Counted from the first letter of the stretch, positions 31,180 to 41,358 are shown. The stretch: 64,000 nucleotides of DNA from Candidatus Eiseniibacteriota bacterium (GCA_963823555.1 CAWGMA010000001.1:1792001-1856000), one strand, 5' to 3'. The notes: generated by a model from the sequence alone, not told the origin. A program made the numbers and translations.

Positions 31180-34045
31180 CGCGGTCCTCGTTCAGACAGG
31201 CGACCAGGGCTTCGGCGACTCGCTCGTACTCGCTCTCGATCCTGACGATCGTCGAGCGCACGGCCTCGGACGCGGGTGTGGAAGCCTCGCGCTCGACATG
31301 AAGACATAGCTTCGAGAGCCGGCGCGCCCCGAGGAGCGCGCTCGATGACTTGAGGGTATGAGCGACCCGTTCCACGATCTCGGCGTCGCCGTCGATCTGT
31401 GCCTGATGGAGTTCGGCAAGTCGGGCCGGAGCGTCGCGCATGAAGCCCTCGATGGCTCCCCGCAGGATGCGATCACCACCGGGACAATTGCGGATGGCAT
31501 CGAGCGCACTCTGATCCAGCATCTCGTCGCTGTGTTCGTTTCCCGGCCCGCCCGACTGATCCGAGACCGGATGAGCCTCGGAGTCGGCAATCGGCGTATT
31601 CGCAGGCCGCCACTTTTCGATCATGCTCACCAGCTCCTCATGGCGAATGGGTTTGGACAGATAACCGTTCATTCCAGCGGAGAGACAGCGCTCGCGCTCT
31701 CCAGCCATCGCTGCCGCCGTGAGCGCCACGATCGATGTGCGCGGGCGACCCAGGGTGCGCTCGATCGAGCGGATGGACATGGTGGCCTGATAGCCGTCGA
31801 GCTCGGGCATCATGCAATCCATGAAGATGAGATCGAAGCGCTCCTTCTGTACCGCCTCGACGGCAAGCCGTCCGTTGCCGGCCACCGCAACCTCACATCC
31901 GAGACCCTTGAGGAACCCGACAGCGACCTGCTGATTCACCACGTTGTCCTCGACGAGCAGCACGCGCAGCCCGGCGAATCGGGCTTGATGGTCGGGGGCC
32001 CGGGCCGGAGCGGATCCGGCAACCGGTGCGGCGGCGTGCCCGCCGCGGGCCGCGATCACCTCGACGAGTACGTTGTACAGCTCGGAAGAGCGCACCGGCT
32101 TCATCAGGAGCGCGTCCGCTGGAGGCTGACCGCCGTCGGCATCCGCAGCCGGAAAGGCGGAGCTCAGGATCACGATCGGCATCCGCCCGAGCCTGGCGTC
32201 CTTGCGCAGGACGCGTGCTACGGTCGCGCCGTCCATCTCGGGCATCACCATGTCGAGAATGACCACATCGAACGGTGTGTCCTCCTCGGCCCGCAGCCGC
32301 TGAATGGCCCGCGGACCGTCGCCGGCGCGTTCCGCTTCCACGCCCCAGGCGGTCAGCTGCTCGATGAGGATCTCGGCATTGGTGGTGTTGTCATCGACGA
32401 CGAGTATCCGGCGGCCGCGCATGTGGTCGGGCTGGCGGGCCGGCACCGCCTTGGGGGCCCGCTTGTCGAGCAACACGGTGAACCAGAAGGTCGACCCGGC
32501 CCCGGGCCGGCTCTCGGCCCCCACCGTTCCCCCCATCATCTCGGCCAGCTGGCGTGAGATCGCGAGCCCCAGTCCCGTGCCGCCGAAGCGGCGCGTGGTC
32601 GAGGCATCGGCCTGCATGAAGGGCTGGAAGAGCCTGGCCCGGACCTCGGGGGAGAGCCCGATGCCCGTATCCTGGACCTCGATCCGCACCAGCTCGGTCT
32701 CCGCCGTCTCCCCGATCACGCAGGTCCGCACCGCGACCCCCCCCTCGTTGGTGAACTTGACGGCGTTCCCGACCAGATTGACGAGGATCTGCCGGACGCG
32801 CATCTCGTCGCCGAACACGGTGGTATGGACATCGGCGGGGACCAGGGCAGCCAGATCGAGCCCCTTCTCCTGCGCCCGGGTGGCGAGCATCTGGCAGACG
32901 TCCTCGATGAGCTCACGGAGATCGAACTCGATCGGGTTCAGCTCGAGCTTGCCGGCCTCGATCTTCGAGAAGTCGAGGACCTCATTGATGATCTCGAGCA
33001 GCGTCTCGGCGGACCGATAGGCGATGTCGGCAAAGCGCCGCTGCTGCAAGGTGAGATCGGTGCCGCGCATCAGATCCAGCATGCCGAGGACTCCATTCAT
33101 CGGAGTGCGGATCTCGTGGCTCATGTTGGCGAGGAACTGCGACTTGCCGCGGTTGGCCTCCTCGGCGGCATGCGCCAGCTCGACGGCGCGCTGGGTTGCG
33201 AGCTGGAGCTCGGCGGTCCGCTGCTCGACCTTCTCCTCCAGAGTGCGCTGGACCTCCTCCCGCGAGGCGCGCAGGCGGACGACCATCTCGCGGAAGGCGT
33301 TGCTCAGGGTCTCGACCTCGTCACCGGTCTGCACCTCAGGCGGCAGATCGAGACGCCCGTCGGCCACCGCGACCGTGGCCTGAGCGAGCGACTGGAGCGG
33401 AGCCGTGATGCGGCGGGTCAGATAAAAGGTGGCGGCGAGCAGAAAGGCGAGCAGGGTGAGCGAAGCCAGGATCACCGGGGCCATGGCCTGCAGCATCTGC
33501 TGCCGCGACGGCTCCCGCATGACGCCCATCTGAACCCAGCCCTCCGATCCCCCTGCGGCGTCCTTGCTCTGGGCTTCCGGGGCTGATCCACTCCGGGAGA
33601 TCTGTCCGGAGGACACCGAAACATCCAGCAATCGGCCGATCCGCTTCCCGCCTCGCACCTCTCGCAGCAGGGGCGCGGTCGCTGGCGGCCGCTCGGGCCG
33701 GGGCAGGAGCGTCCTCGCGACCTCCGAATGCGGATATCCCTCGAACAAGAGGGCGCCCGTTCGACTGAAGACACGAAAGTAGGCGACGTCCCCGCGGCTC
33801 TCGACGAGCTTGGCCGCCGGTTCAGGCAGTTCCCGACCGTGGACCGGCACGGCATTCTCGGTTGCCTGCGCGACCGCCAGCGCGAGCGCGACCCCCTCGC
33901 GTTCCAGGTTCTCATTGGTATGGCGGGATTCCCGAGAAATCAGCAGCATGCTGCAGCCGATGAGGGTCCCGACCACGGCGGCAAAGGTGAGCATGCCGAA
34001 CTTGGTCTCCAGACCCATCCACAGCCAGCGGCGCCGCGAACTCAT
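31169..34045 (-). CDS. Hybrid sensor histidine kinase (2 TM, HAMP, HisKA, HATPase, 2 REC, Hpt)
   Basis: FLANMSHEIRTPMNG, NLVGNAVKFT, DTGIG, GGTGLGL, two REC domains and Hpt AHTLKSSS. Start at ATG 34045 (GGAGG RBS). Confidence 0.95.
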   Translation of the reverse strand: MSSRRRWLWMGLETKFGMLTFAAVVGTLIGCSMLLISRESRHTNENLEREGVALALAVAQATENAVPVHGRELPEPAAKLVESRGDVAYFRVFSRTGALLFEGYPHSEVARTLLPRPERPPATAPLLREVRGGKRIGRLLDVSVSSGQISRSGSAPEAQSKDAAGGSEGWVQMGVMREPSRQQMLQAMAPVILASLTLLAFLLAATFYLTRRITAPLQSLAQATVAVADGRLDLPPEVQTGDEVETLSNAFREMVVRLRASREEVQRTLEEKVEQRTAELQLATQRAVELAHAAEEANRGKSQFLANMSHEIRTPMNGVLGMLDLMRGTDLTLQQRRFADIAYRSAETLLEIINEVLDFSKIEAGKLELNPIEFDLRELIEDVCQMLATRAQEKGLDLAALVPADVHTTVFGDEMRVRQILVNLVGNAVKFTNEGGVAVRTCVIGETAETELVRIEVQDTGIGLSPEVRARLFQPFMQADASTTRRFGGTGLGLAISRQLAEMMGGTVGAESRPGAGSTFWFTVLLDKRAPKAVPARQPDHMRGRRILVVDDNTTNAEILIEQLTAWGVEAERAGDGPRAIQRLRAEEDTPFDVVILDMVMPEMDGATVARVLRKDARLGRMPIVILSSAFPAADADGGQPPADALLMKPVRSSELYNVLVEVIAARGGHAAAPVAGSAPARAPDHQARFAGLRVLLVEDNVVNQQVAVGFLKGLGCEVAVAGNGRLAVEAVQKERFDLIFMDCMMPELDGYQATMSIRSIERTLGRPRTSIVALTAAAMAGERERCLSAGMNGYLSKPIRHEELVSMIEKWRPANTPIADSEAHPVSDQSGGPGNEHSDEMLDQSALDAIRNCPGGDRILRGAIEGFMRDAPARLAELHQAQIDGDAEIVERVAHTLKSSSALLGARRLSKLCLHVEREASTPASEAVRSTIVRIESEYERVAEALVACLNEDRDAA

Positions 34046-34224
34046 GACATCTCCTCCACCACGCTGCCGACATGGATCCCGTTTTCTGGCATCAGATCCG
34101 GAACGAGACATTGCGGACGACAGCTGGACATCGGATCGAGGCACTCCGGAATCGAGAGAGCAAGGACCCACGGCGGCATCAGCCGCCGCTCGACGCATGG
34201 CGACACGAAGGCCCCCACCGTCTA

Positions 34225-34240
34225 CTCAAGCGGCGTGCCA
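34225..34240 (-). promoter_or_regulatory. Candidate sigma54-like promoter of the kinase operon
   Basis: Minus strand TGGCAC-GCCGC-TTGAG. The -12 reads GA rather than GC. Confidence 0.35.
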
Positions 34241-34516
34241 TATCCCCACCGACAGGGGATGTCCTTTGGGCGACAACCGATGGCCTGGAGCCGGGCGATG
34301 TGGGCTGCAACAGCGAGCGTGCAGGATCGAACGACCGGGCCGTGAACCCGTGCACTTCGCACGACGGCGCTGCAGTTTTCGCCCTCGCCGGGCTGAACTC
34401 CTGCGTTTAGCCATCCAGCCAGGGGCAGCGGCAGCCGAGCCGGTGGCGTATAATGAATACGGACAAGGCGGCCGCCAACCGGTTCGATCCAGCGCTTCTT
34501 CGAGGAGACCCGCTCC

Positions 34517-36292
34517 ATGAGCTCGGGACCGCTCTCGCGTCGCCGTGGTTCGCTCTTCCTGGCCGCCCACCTGTTCCTGATCTCGGCCGCATGCTTCGCT
34601 TCCTTCGCCGGCGCTGAGCGCTCCGTGGATGGCGATGAGGAGCTGCTTCCGATCTGGGAGACGCCGGAAGAGCTTGCCGTCCGCCACCTCTTCCTGCCGC
34701 CTGAATCGTTCTCCGATCCACCGCCGACGCCTCCGATCCGCAATGTCGGCGAATTCGAGCCCTGCACCGGCGCCCTGATCCGGTATCCCCTCGGCATTCC
34801 CTACAGCGTGATCCACGAGATCACCGAGGACGTCACGCTCCACGTCATCGTCTCCAGCGCTTCGCAGCAGACGGCGATCAACAACTTCGTGGCCAATGGC
34901 GTCAACATGGCCCAGGTCGAGTGGGTCGTCGCCCCCAACAACTCGATCTGGACGCGAGACTACGGCCCCTGGTTCGTCTTCGATGGCACCGGCCAGCAGG
35001 TGATCCTCGATCACTACTACAATCGACCCACGCGCCCCAATGACAACGTGATACCCATCGTCCTCGGTCAGCTCTGGAACATCCCCGTCGTCACGCACGA
35101 CCTCTGGCATACCGGGGGCAACTACATGACCGAGGGCCACGGGCTCTCCTACTCGAGCGATCTCGTGTGGAACGAGAACCTGGGGATGACGCACGCCCAG
35201 ATCGCCCAGTTCATGTTCGACTACTACGGCGTGGACGCCTACAACGTGCTACCCGACATCTCGCCCTCCGGGATCCATCACATCGACACCTGGGGCAAGC
35301 TGCTCGACGAGGAGACGGTGCTCATGAAGCAGGTGGACCCGACCCACGCCGACTACGCGCGGATCGAGGCCAATGCCACCACCGTCGCCATGCTCACCAA
35401 CAAGTACGGGCGACCCTTCCGCGTGGTGCGGGTCTATTGCCCTCCCATCCCATCCGGGAACGTGGCCTCCTATACCAACTCCCTCATCCTCAACAACAAG
35501 GTGCTGGTGCCAACCTTCAACAGACCGGTCGAGGACGAGGCGGCGCTCCAGGTCTATCGCGACCACATGCCGGGCTACGAGGTCCTGGGCTTCACCTATT
35601 CCGGCTGGCTCACCGATGATGCGCTTCATTGCCGGGTGATGAACATCTTCGATCGCTACCTGCTGCGGGTCGACCACAACCCCGTGCAGGAAGCCGTCGC
35701 CGGTGTCGCGGTCCCCGTGAGCGTCTTCATCGACGACCGCAGCGAATCGGGCCTGGACATGGCGGGGACCGCGCTTCACTGGCGAACGAACGGGGAACCC
35801 GACTATCACCTGATCCAGCTCGTGGCCGAGCCCGAACCCGACTGGTACGTGGCCGAGATCCCGGCCCAGCCCGCCGGCACCCAGATCGAGTATTACGTGA
35901 CGGCGCTCGACCGGACGGGACGCTCCGCGGCACGGCCGCGGCCGGCGCCAGCTGCCGTCTATCGCTTCAGCGTCGAGGGACCGGCAGCGACCGATGCCGC
36001 GATCGCCACCCCCCTGGGCCTGGCCCTGGCCGCGCCGGCACCGAACCCGTTCAATCCATCCACCCGTGTCACCTTCTCGCTCCCCGAGGCTCTTGCCACG
36101 CGGCTCTCCGTCTTCGACGCCGCAGGGCGCGAGGTGGCGCGACTCATCGATCGCACGCTGCCGGCCGGCGAGCACTCGATCGAGTGGCAGGGGCGGATGA
36201 CCGGCGGCCGGGCGGCGCCGAGCGGGATCTACCTCCTCGTTCTCGAGGCGGGAGGTCACCGCCTCACCGCGCGGGCCGTGCTCCTCAAGTAG
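34517..36292 (+). CDS. Secreted agmatine/peptidylarginine deiminase-family protein with Ig domain and FlgD/T9SS-type CTD
   Basis: Signal peptide, IWTRDYGP, TGGN, HHIDT, SYTNSLILN and ALHC motifs, CTD PNPFNPSTRVTF...SGIYL...VLLK. TATAAT at 34449. Confidence 0.9.
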   Translation: MSSGPLSRRRGSLFLAAHLFLISAACFASFAGAERSVDGDEELLPIWETPEELAVRHLFLPPESFSDPPPTPPIRNVGEFEPCTGALIRYPLGIPYSVIHEITEDVTLHVIVSSASQQTAINNFVANGVNMAQVEWVVAPNNSIWTRDYGPWFVFDGTGQQVILDHYYNRPTRPNDNVIPIVLGQLWNIPVVTHDLWHTGGNYMTEGHGLSYSSDLVWNENLGMTHAQIAQFMFDYYGVDAYNVLPDISPSGIHHIDTWGKLLDEETVLMKQVDPTHADYARIEANATTVAMLTNKYGRPFRVVRVYCPPIPSGNVASYTNSLILNNKVLVPTFNRPVEDEAALQVYRDHMPGYEVLGFTYSGWLTDDALHCRVMNIFDRYLLRVDHNPVQEAVAGVAVPVSVFIDDRSESGLDMAGTALHWRTNGEPDYHLIQLVAEPEPDWYVAEIPAQPAGTQIEYYVTALDRTGRSAARPRPAPAAVYRFSVEGPAATDAAIATPLGLALAAPAPNPFNPSTRVTFSLPEALATRLSVFDAAGREVARLIDRTLPAGEHSIEWQGRMTGGRAAPSGIYLLVLEAGGHRLTARAVLLK

Positions 36293-36404
36293 TCGCGATG
36301 GCGAGGCCGCTGCGGCCCGAGGATCGACGGCTGGAGGGCACGAGTTCGTGCCGAGGCGGTGATCCTCGACCCCGGCGCGTGGCAAGAGGCGCCGACAAAC
36401 AAAT

Positions 36405-36430
36405 GGAGGCCGGTGGTGACACCGGCCTCC
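36405..36430 (-). terminator. Intrinsic terminator downstream of tRNA-Gly
   Basis: 11-bp perfect stem GGAGGCCGGTG/CACCGGCCTCC with a 4-nt loop, followed by ATTTGTTTGT on the minus strand. Confidence 0.8.
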
Positions 36431-36436
36431 TCAGGA

Positions 36437-36513
36437 TGGAGCGGAAGACGGGATTCGAACCCGCGACAACCACCTTGGCAAGGTGGGGCTCTACCAGACT
36501 GAGCTACTTCCGC
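36437..36513 (-). tRNA. tRNA-Gly(GCC)
   Basis: GCGGAAGTAGCTCAGTCTGGTAGAGC...CCACC-TT-GCC-AA-GGTGG...GGTTCGAATCCC...TCCA. Confidence 0.97.
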
Positions 36514-36528
36514 TCAAAATCGCCCCAG

Positions 36529-36558
36529 ACTCTAGCCGTGCTCCCCTGTCCTTGTCAA
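36529..36558 (-). promoter_or_regulatory. sigma70-type promoter of tRNA-Gly
   Basis: TTGACA-N18-TAGAGT just upstream of the tRNA. Confidence 0.6.
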
Positions 36559-36684
36559 CCCCTCCACCCGGGGCCGGATCGGCTGCACCGCTTCCGGATC
36601 CGCCCGGTTCCGTGAGACGGGCCCCTCCCCGGCACGTGGACATGGTCGGCGTCCATCGGTTAGCCTCTCCCCGGAGCCCAAGCC

Positions 36685-37878
36685 ATGCCACTCGTCGTTC
36701 ACAAATATGGCGGCACCTCGCTCGCCACTTCCTCCCGCATCCGTGACGTTGCCGCCCGCGTCGGTATGGAGAGACGCGCCGGCAATGATGTCGTGGTCGT
36801 CGTCTCCGCCATGGGCGATTCGACGGATCACCTGATGTCCCTGGCTACCGATATCTGCGAACATCCCGACCCGCGTGAGCTGGACATGCTCTTGACCACA
36901 GGCGAGCGCGTCTCGATGTCGCTCGTCGCCATGGCACTCAACGCGAGCGGGCTGCGTTCGATATCGCTCACCGGCTCCCAGTCTGGCATCATCACTGATG
37001 GCGTGCACACGCGGGCTCGCATCCTCGATATCAAGGGCGATCGAATCCGGGAAGGTCTCGCCGCCGGGCGTGTGGTCATCGTCGCCGGGTTCCAGGGCGT
37101 GAGCGCGGAGCGCGAGATCACAACACTCGGGCGCGGCGGATCGGACCTGACGGCGGTCGCTCTCGCCTCCCGCTTCGGCGCCATGCGCTGTGACATCTAC
37201 ACCGACGTCGATGGCATCTACACCGCCGACCCGGGACAGGTACCGACCGCACGGCGCGTCACAGCCATCGATCACGAAGCCATGATCGCGTATGCGGAGC
37301 TCGGAGCGGGCGTCCTTCACCCACGCGCGGCTCGCTGGGCGGCACGGCATCGGGTCCCGGTGGTCGTGCGTTCGAGCTTCATCCCCGGGCCGGGAACGGT
37401 GGTCGGCCCGGCCGGAGCGATGGCCCCGGGAAGCGAGCCGGGAGCCGCACCGGGTGTGATCGGGATCGGCTGTCGACGGCGTGTGGCCGCGATCGAATTC
37501 CGGCTGCCGGCGACCCGGCTCGCCGACGTCTTCGGCGACGAGGACGGGAGGCCGTTCCACCTCACGCTCGCGGTCGGCGGCGACACGTCGCTGGCGGTGA
37601 CCGATGCCGCCGACCTCGCCGAGGTGACGGCGCTGGCCGAGTCCGCCGGCATCGAGGCGCTGGCGCCGGTGACGGGCGATCTCCTCTCGGTCGTCCATGC
37701 CCCCGGGGCCAAGGTCACACCCACGATCGAGGAGCTGATTCTGGAGGCGTCACGAACGCGGCCCGCGCTCTTGCTCGGCGAGCGCGCGACTTCCGTCCTG
37801 GTCTCGGCCGAGCACACAACCGTGGGTCTGCTCGCTCTCCATCGCGCCCTGATCGAATCCCCGCTCGTTGCGGCCTAG
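36685..37878 (+). CDS. lysC: Aspartate kinase
   Basis: VHKYGGTS, VVVSAMGDSTD, ELDMLLTTGE, AGFQG, TLGRGGSDLTA and TDVDGIYTADP motifs. The C-terminus is divergent. Confidence 0.9.
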   Translation: MPLVVHKYGGTSLATSSRIRDVAARVGMERRAGNDVVVVVSAMGDSTDHLMSLATDICEHPDPRELDMLLTTGERVSMSLVAMALNASGLRSISLTGSQSGIITDGVHTRARILDIKGDRIREGLAAGRVVIVAGFQGVSAEREITTLGRGGSDLTAVALASRFGAMRCDIYTDVDGIYTADPGQVPTARRVTAIDHEAMIAYAELGAGVLHPRAARWAARHRVPVVVRSSFIPGPGTVVGPAGAMAPGSEPGAAPGVIGIGCRRRVAAIEFRLPATRLADVFGDEDGRPFHLTLAVGGDTSLAVTDAADLAEVTALAESAGIEALAPVTGDLLSVVHAPGAKVTPTIEELILEASRTRPALLLGERATSVLVSAEHTTVGLLALHRALIESPLVAA

Positions 37879-38762
37879 CGCTTCCTCCGGCCCCGCGGCG
37901 AGGTCACGGCTGTCGTGCGGGCACGAACCCGCTTGCGCTCGGCCCACGCGGCCCGCGCCGCGCGCACCACGGCTTCGACCCGCGCGCGCTCGATCGGAGC
38001 CCCGAGGTCGCCACCACGCTTGAGAGCGGTGCCGACGATGGCACCGTCGGCGAAGCAGAGCAGCTCACGGGCGCTATCGGGATCGACGCCGCTGCCGACG
38101 AGGAGCGGTACCTCGGGGCAAGCGCGTCGCACCGCTTCCACGTCGGCGGCAGCCGGCATCCTCCCAGTCGCTTCCCCCGTGACCACCAGGGCATCCGCTC
38201 CAGCCCGTTCCACGAGATCGCGGGCGCGATCAACGATCGTCACTCCCCACAGGGGGCGGCCGTGCTTGACGTCGACGTCGGCGAGAAGGGCGAGCTCCCG
38301 GGCACCCAGGCGGGCGCGATAGGCCAGCACGCGCTCCGCCTCGCCGGTCACGAGACCCTGGTCGGTGGCCACCACCCCGGCCAGGACATTGATCCGCACG
38401 AACGAGCCACCGGCCGCGCGGGCCACGGCGATCGCCGCTCGCGCGTCATTGCGTAGCACGTTGACTCCGAGCGGGAGCGAGACGCTCTCGCGCACTCCGA
38501 TCGCCAGCGCCGTGAGCATCGAAACGACGTGAGGGGCGACGCGGGCGGGTCTGAACGGAGCATCCCCGTAGTTCTCGATGAGAAGCGCATCGGCTCCCCC
38601 GGCCGCGGCGGCCCGAGCGTCCGCGATGACTCGCGCCGCGATGGCGTCGAGTTCCAGCCGGGATCGCGACGAACCGGGAAGCGCCGGCGCATGCAACATG
38701 GCGATCACGGCCGGATGCCGGCGAAGATCCCGGGCCAAGCTCTCTCGATGCGCTGCAACCAT
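37875..38762 (-). CDS. BtpA/SgcQ family protein
   Basis: IAMLHAPALPG, IENYGDAPF, GVNVLRND, ADVDVKH, VTGEATG and ADGAIVGT motifs. Confidence 0.92.
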   Translation of the reverse strand: MVAAHRESLARDLRRHPAVIAMLHAPALPGSSRSRLELDAIAARVIADARAAAAGGADALLIENYGDAPFRPARVAPHVVSMLTALAIGVRESVSLPLGVNVLRNDARAAIAVARAAGGSFVRINVLAGVVATDQGLVTGEAERVLAYRARLGARELALLADVDVKHGRPLWGVTIVDRARDLVERAGADALVVTGEATGRMPAAADVEAVRRACPEVPLLVGSGVDPDSARELLCFADGAIVGTALKRGGDLGAPIERARVEAVVRAARAAWAERKRVRARTTAVTSPRGRRKR

Positions 38763-38789
38763 CAGGAACTCCTCGAGGGTGAAGAAGAC

Positions 38790-40115
38790 TCAGCGGAGGC
38801 GCACCGGAGACGCGCGGCGCTCGGTCGATGAGCCGGGAGCGAGGTAGTTCATCTCGAGAACGAGGCCACCATCGGGCTCGACGGTGAAGACCGCGTACTG
38901 ATTGGCCTCGTTCTCCTCAGTCATCCGCTCCACCTGCCGGATTTCCCAGGACTCGAGTCCGTGGAACCCCTCCTCGGCGAGCCATTCGTTCTCTCTGCCG
39001 GCAATATCGCGCGGGCGCCGCGCCCCAGCACCCACCCACAGGAAGCTCGTGCGCGGTCGCCCGGACACGTTGATGACCGCGATCTCACGGCCGTCCTCGC
39101 GTCGCAGATGGAACCTCTCGTAAGTGTGCGTATGCCCGGTGAGAACCACATCCACACCGCCGTCGGCCAGAAGATCGACCAGCTGGCGGCCCTCGACCGT
39201 ACAATTCCACAGCTCCCTGGCCTGGCCGAAATGACGCTTAGAGGAGTGCAGCAACGGATGGTGCATGACGACCACGATGATCTGGCCATCTTCCTTCTCC
39301 TGACGTCCGACCGCAAGCTCCCGGGACAGCCATTCGAGCTGGGCAGCGGCGCGGCCGTCTGGCGGTGGCGGACAGGCACCGCCCTTGCCGTCCTCACCGT
39401 AGGCGAAATCGCTGGTATCGAGAAAGAGAAAGCGCATCCGGCCCACGTCCTTGCGATAGTACATGCGCTCGGTAGCGAACGCAGGATCGAGGTAGGAGAG
39501 GAAAGCCGCGGTGTTGGCTCGAGCCGCGAGGAACTCGTTGTCGTGCAGCTCATGGTTGCCGACCGCAACCAGGTACGGCAGGCCGCGAATGGGGGCCAGG
39601 ATGTCGCGCAGCATCACGAACTGGTCGGTCGGCTTGCCGTCATCGACGATGTCGCCGGTATCGATGACGAAGAGCAGGCGGTCATCGACCGCGGCGCGGG
39701 CCCCGACGGCGGCGACCAGATCCTGCCACTCGCCGTCGGCGAGCGCCCGCTGATCGCCGTAGGCGACGAAGCGAAACCCCGCCTCCGGGCCGGGATCGAG
39801 ACCAGCCAGGCGCGACTCGAGGTGTGGATGATCGAGCGCCGTCACGGGGTGCCGCGAGCTTCCCGGCCACGGCCCGCTCGTGTCCCAGGGCCAGGTGAAG
39901 GCCTGGACCGGGGCGGCCCCGCTGATCTCGCGGGCAACCAGGATGAGCAGGATGGCAACGACGAGTCCCGCCCGCGCGCGGCAGCGTCCCGAAGCGGTAC
40001 ACCTGCGGGGTGAGCGGCCATCGACCGTGCGGGGGATCTCACCCCACGCGCCGGCCACGGCAATCGGCTCTTTTTTTGCCGCCACCTTCGGTGTAGACTC
40101 TCCTGCGTGTTCCAT
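38790..40115 (-). CDS. Secreted calcineurin-like metallophosphoesterase (start uncertain)
   Basis: YGDQR, DTGDIVDDG, VGNHE, MHHP and TGHTHTYE motifs, plus a hydrophobic signal-like segment. Confidence 0.85.
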   Translation of the reverse strand: MEHAGESTPKVAAKKEPIAVAGAWGEIPRTVDGRSPRRCTASGRCRARAGLVVAILLILVAREISGAAPVQAFTWPWDTSGPWPGSSRHPVTALDHPHLESRLAGLDPGPEAGFRFVAYGDQRALADGEWQDLVAAVGARAAVDDRLLFVIDTGDIVDDGKPTDQFVMLRDILAPIRGLPYLVAVGNHELHDNEFLAARANTAAFLSYLDPAFATERMYYRKDVGRMRFLFLDTSDFAYGEDGKGGACPPPPDGRAAAQLEWLSRELAVGRQEKEDGQIIVVVMHHPLLHSSKRHFGQARELWNCTVEGRQLVDLLADGGVDVVLTGHTHTYERFHLRREDGREIAVINVSGRPRTSFLWVGAGARRPRDIAGRENEWLAEEGFHGLESWEIRQVERMTEENEANQYAVFTVEPDGGLVLEMNYLAPGSSTERRASPVRLR

Positions 40116-40152
40116 TGAACACCGTCCCCCCGACGTCCAGGTCCCTGCATTC

Positions 40153-41304
40153 ATGGCTTCACCACTTTCGACCATTCTCTCGGGCATCACCCGACCCTAC
40201 CTGCGGACGGAGTTCTACGAGCGCATGCAGTGGCGGCTGCAGTCGCTGTCCCTCCGCACCGGGCTCAACCTCTCCAAGCCGACCTTCGTCTGCATCAAGC
40301 TCACGATGCAGTGCAATGCACGCTGCCTGCATTGCGACATCTACCGTCCCGAACATACGCCGCCGGACGAGCTCACGGCTGCCGAGTGGACGGTCGTTCT
40401 CGAACGGCTCCGGCGCTGGCTGGGGCCCGGAGCTCCGCTCTCGGTCACCGGCGGTGAGATCTTCCTGCGTCGCGACGCGTTCGATGTGCTCGAACGAGCT
40501 TCCGAGCTGGGTTTCGCCATTCACATGCTGACCAACGGCTGGCTCATCGATGATGAGCGCGCCACGCGGATCATGCGCTTGGCCCCGCGCATCGTACAGG
40601 TGTCCCTCGACGGCGCCAATCCCGAGATGCACGATTTTCTGCGCGGCCTCCCCGGGTTCGGCCGGCGCGCGGAGGCGGCGTTGGCGCGACTGGTTGCCGC
40701 GCGGGAGCAGACTGCCGCCAGGAGCCAGGTGGTCGTCTCGACGGTCATCTTCCGCCAGAACCTTGCCGAGCTGGCTGCGCTCGTGCGCAAGGTGAAAGCC
40801 CTCGGCGTCGACGAGATCAAGTTCCAACCCATCGAGCAGACCTACATGGAACCGGATGATCCCGACTGGATCGCCCGCAGCCCGCTCTGGGTCACGGATC
40901 CCGATGCCTCGGATCGCGCGCTCGATGAGCTCATCGCCATGAAGCGCGAGGGCTGGCCGATCCAGAACTCGATCGAGTATCTCGAGTTCATCAAGTTCTA
41001 CTTCCGCGATCCGGTCCGCGCCTACGAGAAGGGACGCAGCCACGACCAGCATTTCACGAGCCGGCAATGTCGCACCGCGGTCGCCGACTTCGACATGTCC
41101 TCGAACGGCGACGTGCGTCTCTGCTACAAGATGGATCCGATCGGCAACGTCCGCCACCAGGATCCCGAGGAGATCTGGAACCGCCGGCGGCGCTGCTGGA
41201 CCATGCCATGCCGCTTCCTCGAGGGAGCGGATGGCGGCACTGGTACCCACTCCGGGGACGAGCCCGCCGCCGAGAACTGGGTCGAGCTCAACCGCCGCGC
41301 CTAG
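40153..41304 (+). CDS. Radical SAM protein with twitch/SPASM-like C-terminus
   Basis: CNARCLHC, TGGE, LTNG, VSLDG, and C-terminal CRTA...NGDVRLC...IGNV. Confidence 0.9.
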   Translation: MASPLSTILSGITRPYLRTEFYERMQWRLQSLSLRTGLNLSKPTFVCIKLTMQCNARCLHCDIYRPEHTPPDELTAAEWTVVLERLRRWLGPGAPLSVTGGEIFLRRDAFDVLERASELGFAIHMLTNGWLIDDERATRIMRLAPRIVQVSLDGANPEMHDFLRGLPGFGRRAEAALARLVAAREQTAARSQVVVSTVIFRQNLAELAALVRKVKALGVDEIKFQPIEQTYMEPDDPDWIARSPLWVTDPDASDRALDELIAMKREGWPIQNSIEYLEFIKFYFRDPVRAYEKGRSHDQHFTSRQCRTAVADFDMSSNGDVRLCYKMDPIGNVRHQDPEEIWNRRRRCWTMPCRFLEGADGGTGTHSGDEPAAENWVELNRRA

Positions 41305-41358
41305 GCTGATCGGAGAGGCGCAGCATCCGGACCGGAACCACCGGGCAAGGAGGCCTCG

